This document shows, one piece after another, positions 27,469 to 36,715 of a stretch of 62,157 nucleotides of DNA. The DNA comes from a virus. Lineage: Duplodnaviria > Caudoviricetes. Below the pieces are notes generated by a model. The model saw nothing but the letters and a program-made list of their open reading frames with translations, was not told the origin of the DNA and did no database searches. Positions within the stretch are counted from its first letter, which is position 1, and each line of letters opens with the position of its first letter. Position numbers and translations under genes: made by a program. The DNA lies in IMG/VR virus record IMGVR_UViG_3300027833_000049, positions 1 through 62,157 of that record; one strand, written 5' to 3'.

Positions 27469-28460
27469 AGCAATTTTTAGGTATAAAGAACTCAACTAGA
27501 GAGCTTTCAGATATAGATTTTGAAAAAATAATATCACGCCTTGCAACAGAGCTTACCTCTGTTGATTATAAAACTACATACTCGGATAAAGTTTTGTATA
27601 AAGAGTGGGATAATTTGTTAGAATTTTCAAACCGAACTAACATTTCTTCATCATCTGTGCGTACCGGAATTAAATTATGTGAACATTTTTTCCCAAACTT
27701 TTACGATATTGAGAATAAGAATGGAATTTCTTTTTCTTCTCTTTGGTCACAACCAAGCGTTCTTGAAAAAGTGCTGAGATGGAATCGCAAATCACATAGC
27801 ACTCCATATTTGTCTGAGCTTAAAAGAGGCATTTATTTTACGCAAGGTCTTACAAAGAATACTATGTTCCGTCCGCATCTTGCAAAGATGGTTTGTGATA
27901 TGTCTGACACAGAAACAGTGCTTGATCCCTGTTGTGGTTGGGGCGGCCGACTTCTAGGAGCAGTCGCAAGTGGCAAACACTATGTAGGATTTGATCCTAA
28001 TCCTATTACTTATGATAATTTAAAAAGACTTGTAAAATCTTTAGGAATTGAAAACAAAGTTACATTGATTAATGATGGCGCTGAAAACATGGACAAATAT
28101 GACTTTCCTGAGGTAGGATTAGTCCTTACCAGCCCCCCTTATTTCAACTTAGAGATATATCATAATGGAAATCAGCAAAGTGAAAATCAGCACGACAGTT
28201 ATGAACAATGGAAAACTCTGTGGTTGAGAAAAGTTATTTCTCTTTCCTTAGATAGATTGAATGGATACTCATGCTGGAATGTACATAATGTTGGTAAGAT
28301 GAAAATGATTGATGATGTTAAACAAATCCACGAAGAGCTGGGATATGAAGAGCATACACGATATTCGTTACAATCTTCGCCGAGACAATCAAATAAAACT
28401 AAAGAAACTGCCAAAAAGAAAAACAGCGATCTAACTATTTGTTATAGGATCAAAAAATGA
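27462..28460 (+). CDS. DNA amino-methyltransferase (m4C/m6A type)
   Basis: SAM motif VLDPCCGWGGR precedes the catalytic TSPPY. Confidence 0.88.
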   Translation: MVEQFLGIKNSTRELSDIDFEKIISRLATELTSVDYKTTYSDKVLYKEWDNLLEFSNRTNISSSSVRTGIKLCEHFFPNFYDIENKNGISFSSLWSQPSVLEKVLRWNRKSHSTPYLSELKRGIYFTQGLTKNTMFRPHLAKMVCDMSDTETVLDPCCGWGGRLLGAVASGKHYVGFDPNPITYDNLKRLVKSLGIENKVTLINDGAENMDKYDFPEVGLVLTSPPYFNLEIYHNGNQQSENQHDSYEQWKTLWLRKVISLSLDRLNGYSCWNVHNVGKMKMIDDVKQIHEELGYEEHTRYSLQSSPRQSNKTKETAKKKNSDLTICYRIKK

Positions 28461-28738
28461 AAAATAAAATCTACAAGTTTAACGAAGACGCTCTTGTAAA
28501 AGAGTTTATGGATTACATAGACTCTACTTACGGTGGACACTACGGACAAGGCGGACTACAGTCCGCTGAGGTCATCGTAGACAGAGGACACGGTCTAGGA
28601 TTCTTTCTAGGTAATGTCGATAAGTACAATGCTCGGTACGGTAAGAAAGGTGAACCGGCTGATCATCGTAAGGACATCTTGAAAGTGATTCATTATGCAT
28701 TCCTAGCATTGAATGAACACGATAGAATAAACTCTTGA
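28457..28738 (+). CDS. Conserved phage protein (DUF3310-like)
   Basis: STYGGHY, GFFLGNVDKY and RYGKK...DILKVIHY motifs. Confidence 0.7.
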   Translation: MKNKIYKFNEDALVKEFMDYIDSTYGGHYGQGGLQSAEVIVDRGHGLGFFLGNVDKYNARYGKKGEPADHRKDILKVIHYAFLALNEHDRINS

Positions 28739-28763
28739 CTTTGAACTACAAGTTATGTATACT
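28735..28763 (+). promoter_or_regulatory. Sigma70-type promoter for gp45
   Basis: TTGACT-17-TATACT. Confidence 0.6.
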
Positions 28764-28792
28764 GTAGGTACAATAAATTTTAAGGATATATT

Positions 28793-29452
28793 ATGAAAAT
28801 AAGTAACGATACACTCTCGGTTCTAAAAAACTTCGCAGGTGTTAACACTAACATTCTGATCCGTGAAGGTAATGTGTTGTCTACTATCAGTGCTGGCAAG
28901 AATATCTTTGCTCGTGCTACTGTAGCCGAACGCTTTGATCGTGAGTTTGCAATATACGATCTTAACAGTCTGTTAGGTTTGTTGACTCTGATGGAAGATA
29001 CTGATGTAGCTTTTGGTGATGAGTCAATCACGGTATCAAAGGATCGCAGTCTGTTTGAATATTACTACGCTGACCCTGAGATCATTGTGTCAGCTCCTGA
29101 CAAGCAAATTGAAGTAGATGATTATTTCAGTTTTGATCTTTCTGCTACTGACTTAAATATGGTGATGAAGGCAGTTGGTATTACAGCAGCACCGATGATG
29201 AGTATTATAGGTGATGGTTCTGAGGTTGTTCTTACTGTAGGTGACCCGGCAACTGCTAAGAGCAATAGCTTCAAGCAAGTTATTGGTGCTAGTGAAAAGA
29301 AGTTTGCAGCACATCTTCAGATTGAAAACTTAAAAGTCATCTCAGGCGATTATCGTATTATTATTTCCGAGAAAAGGTTCATGCATCTTATAAATACTAA
29401 TACTGATGTAAAATATTGGTTAGCTCTTGATAAGACTTCGGAGATCTCATAA
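28793..29452 (+). CDS. gp45: Sliding clamp gp45
   Basis: TLSVLKNFAGVN, FAIYDLNSLL and KYWLALD motifs. Confidence 0.95.
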   Translation: MKISNDTLSVLKNFAGVNTNILIREGNVLSTISAGKNIFARATVAERFDREFAIYDLNSLLGLLTLMEDTDVAFGDESITVSKDRSLFEYYYADPEIIVSAPDKQIEVDDYFSFDLSATDLNMVMKAVGITAAPMMSIIGDGSEVVLTVGDPATAKSNSFKQVIGASEKKFAAHLQIENLKVISGDYRIIISEKRFMHLINTNTDVKYWLALDKTSEIS

Positions 29453-29634
29453 TGAATGAAGATCGCCTTGAAATTCAAATAAGAGAAGCTACTAACGGTT
29501 GGGTAGTAGAATTTAATAAATTTGGCGAGACTATAGAGTACATATACTCTCGCCCTGGTCCTGCTATTAGTTTTGCTAAAAAAGTAATGACAGGTGATGC
29601 AGATGTTTTTAACGGAGCAGCAGATGAATCCTAG
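29452..29634 (+). CDS. Hypothetical protein
   Basis: 60-aa ORF coupled to gp45; IREATNGWVV motif. Confidence 0.6.
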   Translation: MNEDRLEIQIREATNGWVVEFNKFGETIEYIYSRPGPAISFAKKVMTGDADVFNGAADES

Positions 29635-29758
29635 TAAAGAAAATCTCGAATCAGAAGTAACTATCGAAGATGATAATTCTTCAGAAGATGAGACTGAAGG
29701 TAGGCACATTGAGTTAGTCATCAACGATGATACTTCTATTAAAGAGAAGTTTGGTTAG
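29624..29758 (+). CDS. Small acidic hypothetical protein (44 aa, not in the ORF track)
   Basis: GGAG SD; overlaps the upstream stop; fills the gap before gp44. Confidence 0.4.
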   Translation: MNPSKENLESEVTIEDDNSSEDETEGRHIELVINDDTSIKEKFG

Positions 29759-29806
29759 TGAATTTGTTCTTTTTCTTATTAAAATATATTATGACTGGTG
29801 TAAACG

Positions 29807-30742
29807 ATGAAAGAACATTTCCTCTGGGTCGAGAAATACAGACCCCAAACAATCGATGATTGTATCCTACCTGAAGATACAAAGGCGACTTTTAAAGAGT
29901 TTCTAAAGAAAGGAGAGGTTCCTAATCTTCTCCTTTGTGGTACAGCAGGCACAGGTAAGACTACAGTTGCTAGAGCCTTATGTGAAGAACTCGGCTGTGA
30001 TTATATTGTTATCAATGGTTCAGATGAAGGTCGTCAAATCGATACTCTCCGAACTAAGATCAAAAGTTTCGCTAGTGCTATCAGTTTCGAAGGTAAAACT
30101 AAGGTCGTAATCATCGATGAGGCTGACTATCTTAACAAGGATAGTGTACAGCCTGCTCTTCGTGCATTCATAGAAAACTTCTCAGAAAATTGTAGATTTA
30201 TATTTACTTGCAATTATAAGCAGCGTATCATAGCTCCTTTACATAGCCGAACAACTGTAATTGAGTTTAAGTCGGACAAGAAAGATAAAGCAGTACTTGC
30301 AACTAAGTTTATGAAGCGTATGCAAGGCATCCTTAATAGTGAAGGAGTTACATACAAAGATCCGGTATTAGCAGAACTGCTAATGAAATATTTCCCTGAT
30401 TATCGTAGAGTCATAAACGAACTTCAACGATATAGCTCTGCTGGTACTATTGATGAAGGAATCCTTAACAATATAGCAGAGATAAATACGAAGGAACTTG
30501 TCAATTCTTTGAGAGAAAAGGATTGGAAGAAGATGAGGCAGTGGGTTGCTAACAATGTTGATAGTGATCCTCAATGTATATTCAGATTTATTTTTGATAG
30601 TTTGGTTCCTGAAATTTCTACTGTTCCTCAGATGGTTCTTCTTATTGCAGACTATCAGTATAAATCGGCATTCGTGGCCGATCAAGAGATAAATCTTATA
30701 GCCTGTTTGACTGAAATAATGGCAAGCGTGAAATTCAAATGA
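29807..30742 (+). CDS. gp44: Clamp loader large subunit gp44
   Basis: LWVEKYRP, GTAGTGKTT, IIDEAD and PLHSR motifs. Confidence 0.96.
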   Translation: MKEHFLWVEKYRPQTIDDCILPEDTKATFKEFLKKGEVPNLLLCGTAGTGKTTVARALCEELGCDYIVINGSDEGRQIDTLRTKIKSFASAISFEGKTKVVIIDEADYLNKDSVQPALRAFIENFSENCRFIFTCNYKQRIIAPLHSRTTVIEFKSDKKDKAVLATKFMKRMQGILNSEGVTYKDPVLAELLMKYFPDYRRVINELQRYSSAGTIDEGILNNIAEINTKELVNSLREKDWKKMRQWVANNVDSDPQCIFRFIFDSLVPEISTVPQMVLLIADYQYKSAFVADQEINLIACLTEIMASVKFK

Positions 30743-30963
30743 TAAAATATATACACGTTAATCAACATAAAATTCGTTCTAACAAAAAGCATGGGACTAA
30801 TGAACCTGTAATTACTATCAAAGAAGGCAGGAAAAATACTTACTGCCATGAAGTAGAGATACACGGTCCTAGTAAAATGTTTTATGGTGGTAACGACAAA
30901 CCAATTCTACCTTGCGGGGCAAGAGTAGTAATAGAGACAGAAGCGTCGGTGACATACAAATGA
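30739..30963 (+). CDS. Hypothetical protein
   Basis: IHVNQHKI...PVITIK...CGARVVIET; coupled to gp44. Confidence 0.7.
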   Translation: MIKYIHVNQHKIRSNKKHGTNEPVITIKEGRKNTYCHEVEIHGPSKMFYGGNDKPILPCGARVVIETEASVTYK

Positions 30964-31568
30964 AAACAAATTTTACAACAGTAGATTATCACTCTAAGGT
31001 CAAAATAGTTTTTAAAAATGGATTTTCACATGAAGTTTGGGTGAAAGGTATTATATTTGATGATGATGGTCAAATTGGATGGGAACACATACACGACCAT
31101 AATGAATTCCTCGAGTTCTTACCAGATGAAATTCTATGCATACTTAGAGTAAAGTATAAAAAAGTCAGACAATGGCACATTCTTCGAGGTCTGATTGGCT
31201 TATTTTCTAGCACTTCTACTAGTGTCAAGACTGCTTCATCAACTGCTTCTAGCGGCATAACCGGACTATTCTCATCTATCGGGTTTGCTATAAAGAAAGT
31301 GGTATCAGGAATCTTTAACGGTATTAGAAGAATAGTATTAGGAATCCTTAATGGTATTAAGCGAATAGTTTTAGGAATACTTATTGGTATTAAAACAATA
31401 GTATTAGGAATTCTTAATGGCATCAAACGAATAGTTTTAGGAATTCTCAATGGTATTAAAGCCATACTTTCTGCTATTTGGGCTAACATAAAGAAATTGT
31501 ATATCATAGTGCAAAAGATACGACAAATGATAACTAAAACTAGAAGACGGCTTTTTGGAATAAAATAA
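30960..31568 (+). CDS. Hypothetical protein with 11-residue amphipathic repeats
   Basis: ATGA coupling to the upstream gene; five GILNGIKRIVL-type units. Confidence 0.65.
   Translation: MKTNFTTVDYHSKVKIVFKNGFSHEVWVKGIIFDDDGQIGWEHIHDHNEFLEFLPDEILCILRVKYKKVRQWHILRGLIGLFSSTSTSVKTASSTASSGITGLFSSIGFAIKKVVSGIFNGIRRIVLGILNGIKRIVLGILIGIKTIVLGILNGIKRIVLGILNGIKAILSAIWANIKKLYIIVQKIRQMITKTRRRLFGIK
31308..31472 (+). repeat. 33-bp tandem repeat, about 5 degenerate copies (coding)
   Basis: GGAATYCTTAATGGTATTAARCGAATAGTWTTA-like units with mostly third-position variation. Confidence 0.9.
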
Positions 31569-31569
31569 T

Positions 31570-32025
31570 ATGAGTTTTCTTGAAGAATTGGGTCCGCCTG
31601 TTGAAGTAGTGAACGAAAAAGATTACGAAGAAAAGATATCAAAGATTAGTCCTTTTCAGTTTGCCGACAGCATTAGTAATACTAAAGTAGATTTAATGGA
31701 TACTGAACATGCTGAATCTCAGTATAATCCTTTTATAGTAAACCGTGCATTGAGCTTCGGGCATGACACTGTAATTGCTGCTAATGAGATGAATAGTAGA
31801 CCTCACATAGATGCAAGAATGCAGTATGATTTTTTGAGAGCAGTAATCAGGAAAGGTAAACGATACAATAAATGGTTAAAACCTGAAGAGTCTGATTTAG
31901 AAGCGATACAAGAATATTTTGGGTACAGTTTTAACAAAGCTAAAGAAGCATTGCGAATTCTTTCCAACGATGATATAGAAAGTATAAAAATAAAATTGAG
32001 AACCTCTAAAGGTGGTAAAGTATAA
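31570..32025 (+). CDS. gp62: Clamp loader small subunit gp62
   Basis: YNPFIVNRALS, ANEMN, QYDFL and YFGYSFNKAKEAL motifs. Confidence 0.92.
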   Translation: MSFLEELGPPVEVVNEKDYEEKISKISPFQFADSISNTKVDLMDTEHAESQYNPFIVNRALSFGHDTVIAANEMNSRPHIDARMQYDFLRAVIRKGKRYNKWLKPEESDLEAIQEYFGYSFNKAKEALRILSNDDIESIKIKLRTSKGGKV

Positions 32026-32069
32026 ATACCTATGTTAAATTGAACAGCATTAATATAGGTGAAATAAAA

Positions 32070-32489
32070 ATGGATGACCGTAGTAATTTTTTTGACATTG
32101 ATTATCCTGGATATTCTCCCTTGGAGATAAGATTAGACAATCCAGAAAATTTTCTTAAAATAAAAGAAACACTCTCTAGGATTGGAGTAGCTTCCCGCAA
32201 AGATCAAATTCTTTATCAGTCTTGCCACATTCTTCATAAGCAAGGCAGATACTTTATAACTCATTTCAAAGAGCTGTTTGCTTTAGATGGCAAGATTGCT
32301 GACTTCACTGAAAATGATATACAACGAAGAAACACTATTGCCAAATTATTGCAGGAATGGGGTTTAATTGCTATATTAAATACAGAAGAATTGTCAGGTT
32401 GTCCAATGAGCCAAGTTAAAATTGTTTCGTTCAAAGAAAAAGTTGAATGGGAATTAGTGCCTAAATACAATATAGGCAAAAAAAGATAA
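32070..32489 (+). CDS. regA: Translational repressor RegA
   Basis: FLKIKETLSRIG, LYQSCHILHKQGRYFITHFKELF and WELVPKY motifs. Confidence 0.96.
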   Translation: MDDRSNFFDIDYPGYSPLEIRLDNPENFLKIKETLSRIGVASRKDQILYQSCHILHKQGRYFITHFKELFALDGKIADFTENDIQRRNTIAKLLQEWGLIAILNTEELSGCPMSQVKIVSFKEKVEWELVPKYNIGKKR

Positions 32490-32495
32490 AAAAAG

Positions 32496-32605
32496 TTGAC
32501 GTTAGCATATAAATGATGTATAAATATTAGTGTCAGATGAACTGACACTAATACCCGGGATGCCGTAAGGATCCCATTACATACTCGCTGAAAAGGAGAC
32601 GCAAG
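32496..32605 (+). promoter_or_regulatory. hsp20 promoter(s) and structured leader
   Basis: TTGACG at 32496; TATAAATA at 32519-32526; hairpin TATTAGTGTCAG/CTGACACTAATA; second hairpin GGGATGCC-GTAA-GGATCCC. Confidence 0.55.
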
Positions 32606-33049
32606 ATGGTAACTCGTAAGTTCAATGTAGCCGACATGGCTGAAATTTTAGATAATGTAAGACCATTCACAGTGGGCTTTGATCGTATATTTGACAATCT
32701 CAACAATGTATCAGAGATTGCAAGCAACTATCCCCCCTACAATATCATTAAACAAGATGATGAACACTTTGTAATAGAACTTGCCGCCGCAGGTTTTTCT
32801 AAAGAAGAGTTCAACATACATCTTGTACCAGAAGGCAATAAACTTGTTGTCCAAGGGGTACAAGATAGAGGTGAAGACACAAAAGAATACTATCATAAAG
32901 GCATTGCTGCTAGAAACTTTACACGAACTTTTGCTTTGACAGAAGATGTAGAAGTAGAAGGTGCAGAGTTTACAGATGGTATGCTTAACATTTCTCTCGT
33001 TAGGATTATTCCTGAGGAGAAAAAACCGAAAGAAATTACAGTGAAATAA
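32606..33049 (+). CDS. hsp20: Small heat shock protein Hsp20 (IbpA-like)
   Basis: NYPPYNI, IELAAAGF, HKGIAARNFTRTF and DGMLNI motifs. Confidence 0.95.
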   Translation: MVTRKFNVADMAEILDNVRPFTVGFDRIFDNLNNVSEIASNYPPYNIIKQDDEHFVIELAAAGFSKEEFNIHLVPEGNKLVVQGVQDRGEDTKEYYHKGIAARNFTRTFALTEDVEVEGAEFTDGMLNISLVRIIPEEKKPKEITVK

Positions 33050-33062
33050 ATAGGATATTATT

Positions 33063-33404
33063 ATGGCCAACGTACAAATTATAAAGCTTTCTTCAGGCGA
33101 GGATATCATCGGTGATGTTACTGAGATAAATCTTGAAGGCGGTAAGATGATTCAAATTTCTAAACCGTGTTATATTATGATGAGACCTAAGCCCGAGAAT
33201 GAGTATGAATATGTACTTGGCCTTACCCCATACTGTCCGTATGCGAAAGATCAAATCATCCCAATCATGCCTACGCATGTCATTTCAGTATATAATCCCA
33301 CTACTGCGTTGTTGAATGAATACAATAACAGATATGGTAGCGGTATTGTTGTTCCTGATGATAAAGTAGCTGCCCCTGCACCTAAACAAATCATCACAGG
33401 ATAA
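33063..33404 (+). CDS. Hypothetical protein (Sm-like fold)
   Basis: IKLSSGEDIIG...YNNRYGSGIV; usual position after hsp20. Confidence 0.7.
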   Translation: MANVQIIKLSSGEDIIGDVTEINLEGGKMIQISKPCYIMMRPKPENEYEYVLGLTPYCPYAKDQIIPIMPTHVISVYNPTTALLNEYNNRYGSGIVVPDDKVAAPAPKQIITG

Positions 33405-33407
33405 ATT

Positions 33408-33851
33408 ATGTACGAATATAGAGCAACAATAAGAAGGGTCGTGGACGGTGACACCGTAGATGTTGACATCGACTTAGGTTTTGGTGTATGGTTGAAAGAT
33501 GAACGGGTTCGTATCATGGGCATCGACACACCTGAGTCTCGCACCAGAGATAAGGTTGAAAAGAAGTTTGGAAAAGCTGCCGGTGCTAGATTGAAAAGTT
33601 TATTAGGAAAAACTGCTGTACTGAAAACTCGTGTAGCAAAAGGCGGCGAGGATATGAAAGGGAAGTTCGGACGAATTCTAGGAGACTTTCAGGTTTACTA
33701 TGAAGCTGAAGACAGGTACTGCCTTGCAGGTGAGATTCTAGTGAAAGAAGGATATGCTGTACTGTATGAGGGTCAATCTAAGGACGATGTAGAAGACGCT
33801 CATCTGAAAAATCGCCAGAGGCTCATATCAGAAGGAAAAGTATCTGTATAA
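33408..33851 (+). CDS. Thermonuclease (SNase)-like nuclease
   Basis: RVVDGDTVD, RVRIMGIDTPESR and GKFGRILG motifs. Confidence 0.88.
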   Translation: MYEYRATIRRVVDGDTVDVDIDLGFGVWLKDERVRIMGIDTPESRTRDKVEKKFGKAAGARLKSLLGKTAVLKTRVAKGGEDMKGKFGRILGDFQVYYEAEDRYCLAGEILVKEGYAVLYEGQSKDDVEDAHLKNRQRLISEGKVSV

Positions 33852-33855
33852 GTGC

Positions 33856-33884
33856 TTGACATATACTCTCTATCGTTGTATAAT
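33856..33884 (+). promoter_or_regulatory. Sigma70 promoter for DNA polymerase
   Basis: Exact TTGACA-17-TATAAT. Confidence 0.8.
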
Positions 33885-33907
33885 AGTTAAAATGATAGGG
33901 AGTTTAT

Positions 33908-36394
33908 ATGTTTTACACATACGCTAGACACTACGGCAACAAAATTCTTTACAGAGGTATAAGCACCTCAGGTAAACGACAAACAGCTAGACACGATTTT
34001 CAACCTACTCTTTTTGTCCCCTCCGACAAGCCAAGCATATACAAGTCTATGTTTGGAGAATCTGTTTCTCCTATTAAGTTTGAATCTAATACTGAAGCAA
34101 AAGAATTCATTCAAAGCTACTCAGATGTTTCTAATTATCCTATCTATGGTCAATCTGATTGGAACTATCAATATCTAACTGAAAAGTTTCCTGACGAAGT
34201 TGATTGGGATCAGAGTAAAATTAAACTCATATCAATAGATATTGAAACGACAGTTGATAACGGGTTCCCTGATGTCAACAATCCGCTAGAGCAAGTCACA
34301 CTTATTACTATTCAAGATGCGGTTACTAAGAAGATTATTACTTGGGGCTGCGGTGAGTACACTCCTACTGAACATACCGCTCACTTGAATGTAGACTATC
34401 GATGGTGTGAAAACGAGAAGGCATTGTTTACTAGCTTTTTAAACTGGTGGGCTATGGATCCTCCTGATGTAGTGACTGGGTGGAATATTCAGTTATTTGA
34501 TATTCCGTATTTAGTTTCTCGTACCGACAAGTTGTTCGGTGACGATATGAAAAAAGCCTTTAGTCCTTTCAATCTTGTTAAGAAGCATGTCGTAAAACTA
34601 GGCGCTCGTGAATTCTTACGCTATGAACTATGGGGAGTCGCTCAGTTAGACTATCTTGACTTGTACAAGAAGTTTACTTATGTCACTCGTGAATCTTATA
34701 AATTGGATCACATTACTGAAGTTGAATTGGGTCACAAAAAGTTAGAAAATCCGCATGACTCGTTCAGAGAGTTTTACGAAAAAGATTGGAATCTGTTTGT
34801 AGAATATAATATTATTGATACTGTGCTTGTTGACGAATTAGAAGACAAGCTCAAATTGATTGAACTTTGTTTTACTATGGCATATGATGGTAAGATGAAT
34901 TATTCCGATGTATCTTCTCCTGTAAAAACGTGGGACTGTTTGCTGTACAATCATCTTTGGCAACAGAACGTTGTCTTTGGACAGAAGGAAAGTAAGCAAA
35001 GTCGTAGCATTGCAGGTGCATATGTGCAAGAGCCTGTTCCAGGTCAATACGAATGGGTCGAGAGTTTTGATGCAACCTCACTCTATCCTTCTATCATCAT
35101 GCAATACAACATGTCACCTGAGACGCTAGTGCCAGGCGAAGTGTACGATGTGACTGTTGATGGCATGTTAGAGAAAAAGTATTCCTTTGATGGTAAGTAT
35201 GCGGTTGCGTCTAACGGTCAATGCTTCTCTCGTGATAAGCTAGGATATATGCCAGAGATTGTACAGAAGTTTTTTGATGATAGACAGCGATATAAGAAGT
35301 TGATGAAGGAGTCTGAACAGTTACTTGAGGACACGAAAGATCCTAAGTATAAGAACGAGATTGCTAAATACAATAACTTTCAGATGGCTCGTAAGATTCA
35401 ACTTAACTCACTTTATGGTGCGATGGCGAATGAGTACTTCAGATTTTTTGATACTCGAATAGCAGAAGGCATCACACTATCAGGGCAAGTTATCATTCGT
35501 GAAACTGCAATTGCTTTGGATGCTTATGTTAATGAAGTGTGCGGGACAAAGGGAGAAACCTACAGTTTCTATTCTGACACTGACTCCTGTTACATCACAC
35601 TCAAAGCAGTTGTTGACAAATTCTTTGCAGACAAAGATACTAATAAACTAGTTGACATACTCGATAAGATTGGCACAGATCAAATTGAACCTTGCATATC
35701 AAGAGCAATGGACAAACTAGTAGACTATACACACGCCTATGAGAAAAAGATATTCTTCAAGCGAGAAGCGATAGCAGACAAGGCTATTTGGATCGCCAAG
35801 AAGCGATACGCTATGAATGTGTATGACAATGAAGGAACTCGTTATCAAGTTCCTCAATTGAAGGTAATGGGATTAGAGATTGTTAGATCATCTACTCCTG
35901 CACCTGTTCGGGCTAGTTTGAAGGAAGCTGTTAGGCTTACTCTTACTACAGATGAGAACACTCTTCAAAAGTTTATAGAGAAAACGCAAAAAGAATTTAA
36001 GTCAATGTCTCCTGAGGAGATCGCATTTCCTCGAGGTTGTAATAATATAGGAAAATACACTTGCGATACTGAAATATACAAAAAAGGTTGTCCCATACAC
36101 GTTCGTGGAAGTTTGTTGTATAATCATTACTTAGATGTAAATAATATATCGCAAAAGTATGAGAAAATACAAGAAGGGGATAAGGTAAAGTTCTTGTATT
36201 TAAAAGAGCCTAATACTATGCGTGAGAATTGCATATCATTCAACTCAAAAATACCTGCTGAGTTTAATGTACATCGCTATGTAGATTATGATGTAATGTT
36301 TCAAAAAGCCTTTCTTGATCCTATGGACACTATCGTTAAATCTCTAGGGTGGGAAACCGAAGAGACACATACACTAGAAGATTTGTTTTCTTAA
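33908..36394 (+). CDS. gp43: Family B DNA polymerase gp43
   Basis: Exonuclease motifs DIET, GWNIQLFD and YNIID; polymerase motifs FDATSLYPS, KIQLNSLYG, YSDTDS and KKRY. Confidence 0.98.
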   Translation: MFYTYARHYGNKILYRGISTSGKRQTARHDFQPTLFVPSDKPSIYKSMFGESVSPIKFESNTEAKEFIQSYSDVSNYPIYGQSDWNYQYLTEKFPDEVDWDQSKIKLISIDIETTVDNGFPDVNNPLEQVTLITIQDAVTKKIITWGCGEYTPTEHTAHLNVDYRWCENEKALFTSFLNWWAMDPPDVVTGWNIQLFDIPYLVSRTDKLFGDDMKKAFSPFNLVKKHVVKLGAREFLRYELWGVAQLDYLDLYKKFTYVTRESYKLDHITEVELGHKKLENPHDSFREFYEKDWNLFVEYNIIDTVLVDELEDKLKLIELCFTMAYDGKMNYSDVSSPVKTWDCLLYNHLWQQNVVFGQKESKQSRSIAGAYVQEPVPGQYEWVESFDATSLYPSIIMQYNMSPETLVPGEVYDVTVDGMLEKKYSFDGKYAVASNGQCFSRDKLGYMPEIVQKFFDDRQRYKKLMKESEQLLEDTKDPKYKNEIAKYNNFQMARKIQLNSLYGAMANEYFRFFDTRIAEGITLSGQVIIRETAIALDAYVNEVCGTKGETYSFYSDTDSCYITLKAVVDKFFADKDTNKLVDILDKIGTDQIEPCISRAMDKLVDYTHAYEKKIFFKREAIADKAIWIAKKRYAMNVYDNEGTRYQVPQLKVMGLEIVRSSTPAPVRASLKEAVRLTLTTDENTLQKFIEKTQKEFKSMSPEEIAFPRGCNNIGKYTCDTEIYKKGCPIHVRGSLLYNHYLDVNNISQKYEKIQEGDKVKFLYLKEPNTMRENCISFNSKIPAEFNVHRYVDYDVMFQKAFLDPMDTIVKSLGWETEETHTLEDLFS

Positions 36395-36399
36395 AGTGC

Positions 36400-36428
36400 T
36401 TGACTTATGGTATTATATTATGTACAAT
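36400..36428 (+). promoter_or_regulatory. Sigma70-type promoter
   Basis: TTGACT-17-TACAAT. Confidence 0.55.
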
Positions 36429-36457
36429 GTATTTAATAATATGAAAGGGGGATACCC

Positions 36458-36706
36458 ATGAAAAGAATAAAGCTTTGGTGGACAAGTTTGTGGTTTGAAC
36501 AACACGAATTAATAATTACCGTTCCAGTGGATATCATATATCACGAAGACGGCTCTAGGACTGAAACAACACGAATGGATACATATCAAGTATCTAAATT
36601 GATAAAGACTACACCTAAAATTTTCATATTCGAAGATATAGATGGACGAAGGCATGAAATTAGATTTTTGAAGCCTGTAGTTTTTCACATTATAAAAGTA
36701 TGGTAG
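36458..36706 (+). CDS. Hypothetical protein
   Basis: 82-aa ORF with a GGGGG SD, located between gp43 and uvsX. Confidence 0.6.
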   Translation: MKRIKLWWTSLWFEQHELIITVPVDIIYHEDGSRTETTRMDTYQVSKLIKTTPKIFIFEDIDGRRHEIRFLKPVVFHIIKVW

Positions 36707-36715
36707 GAGAAATAA

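Noticed and set aside
31070-31642. 190-aa minus-strand repeat ORF, and the 33-bp repeat as a possible CRISPR array
   Set aside because: The units are contiguous with no spacers and vary mainly at + strand third positions; the + strand ORF is coupled to its neighbours.
33908-36394. Possible intron, intein or split in gp43 (also checked nrdA, nrdB, gp41 and uvsX)
   Set aside because: All are continuous, of ordinary length and lack intein or intron signatures.
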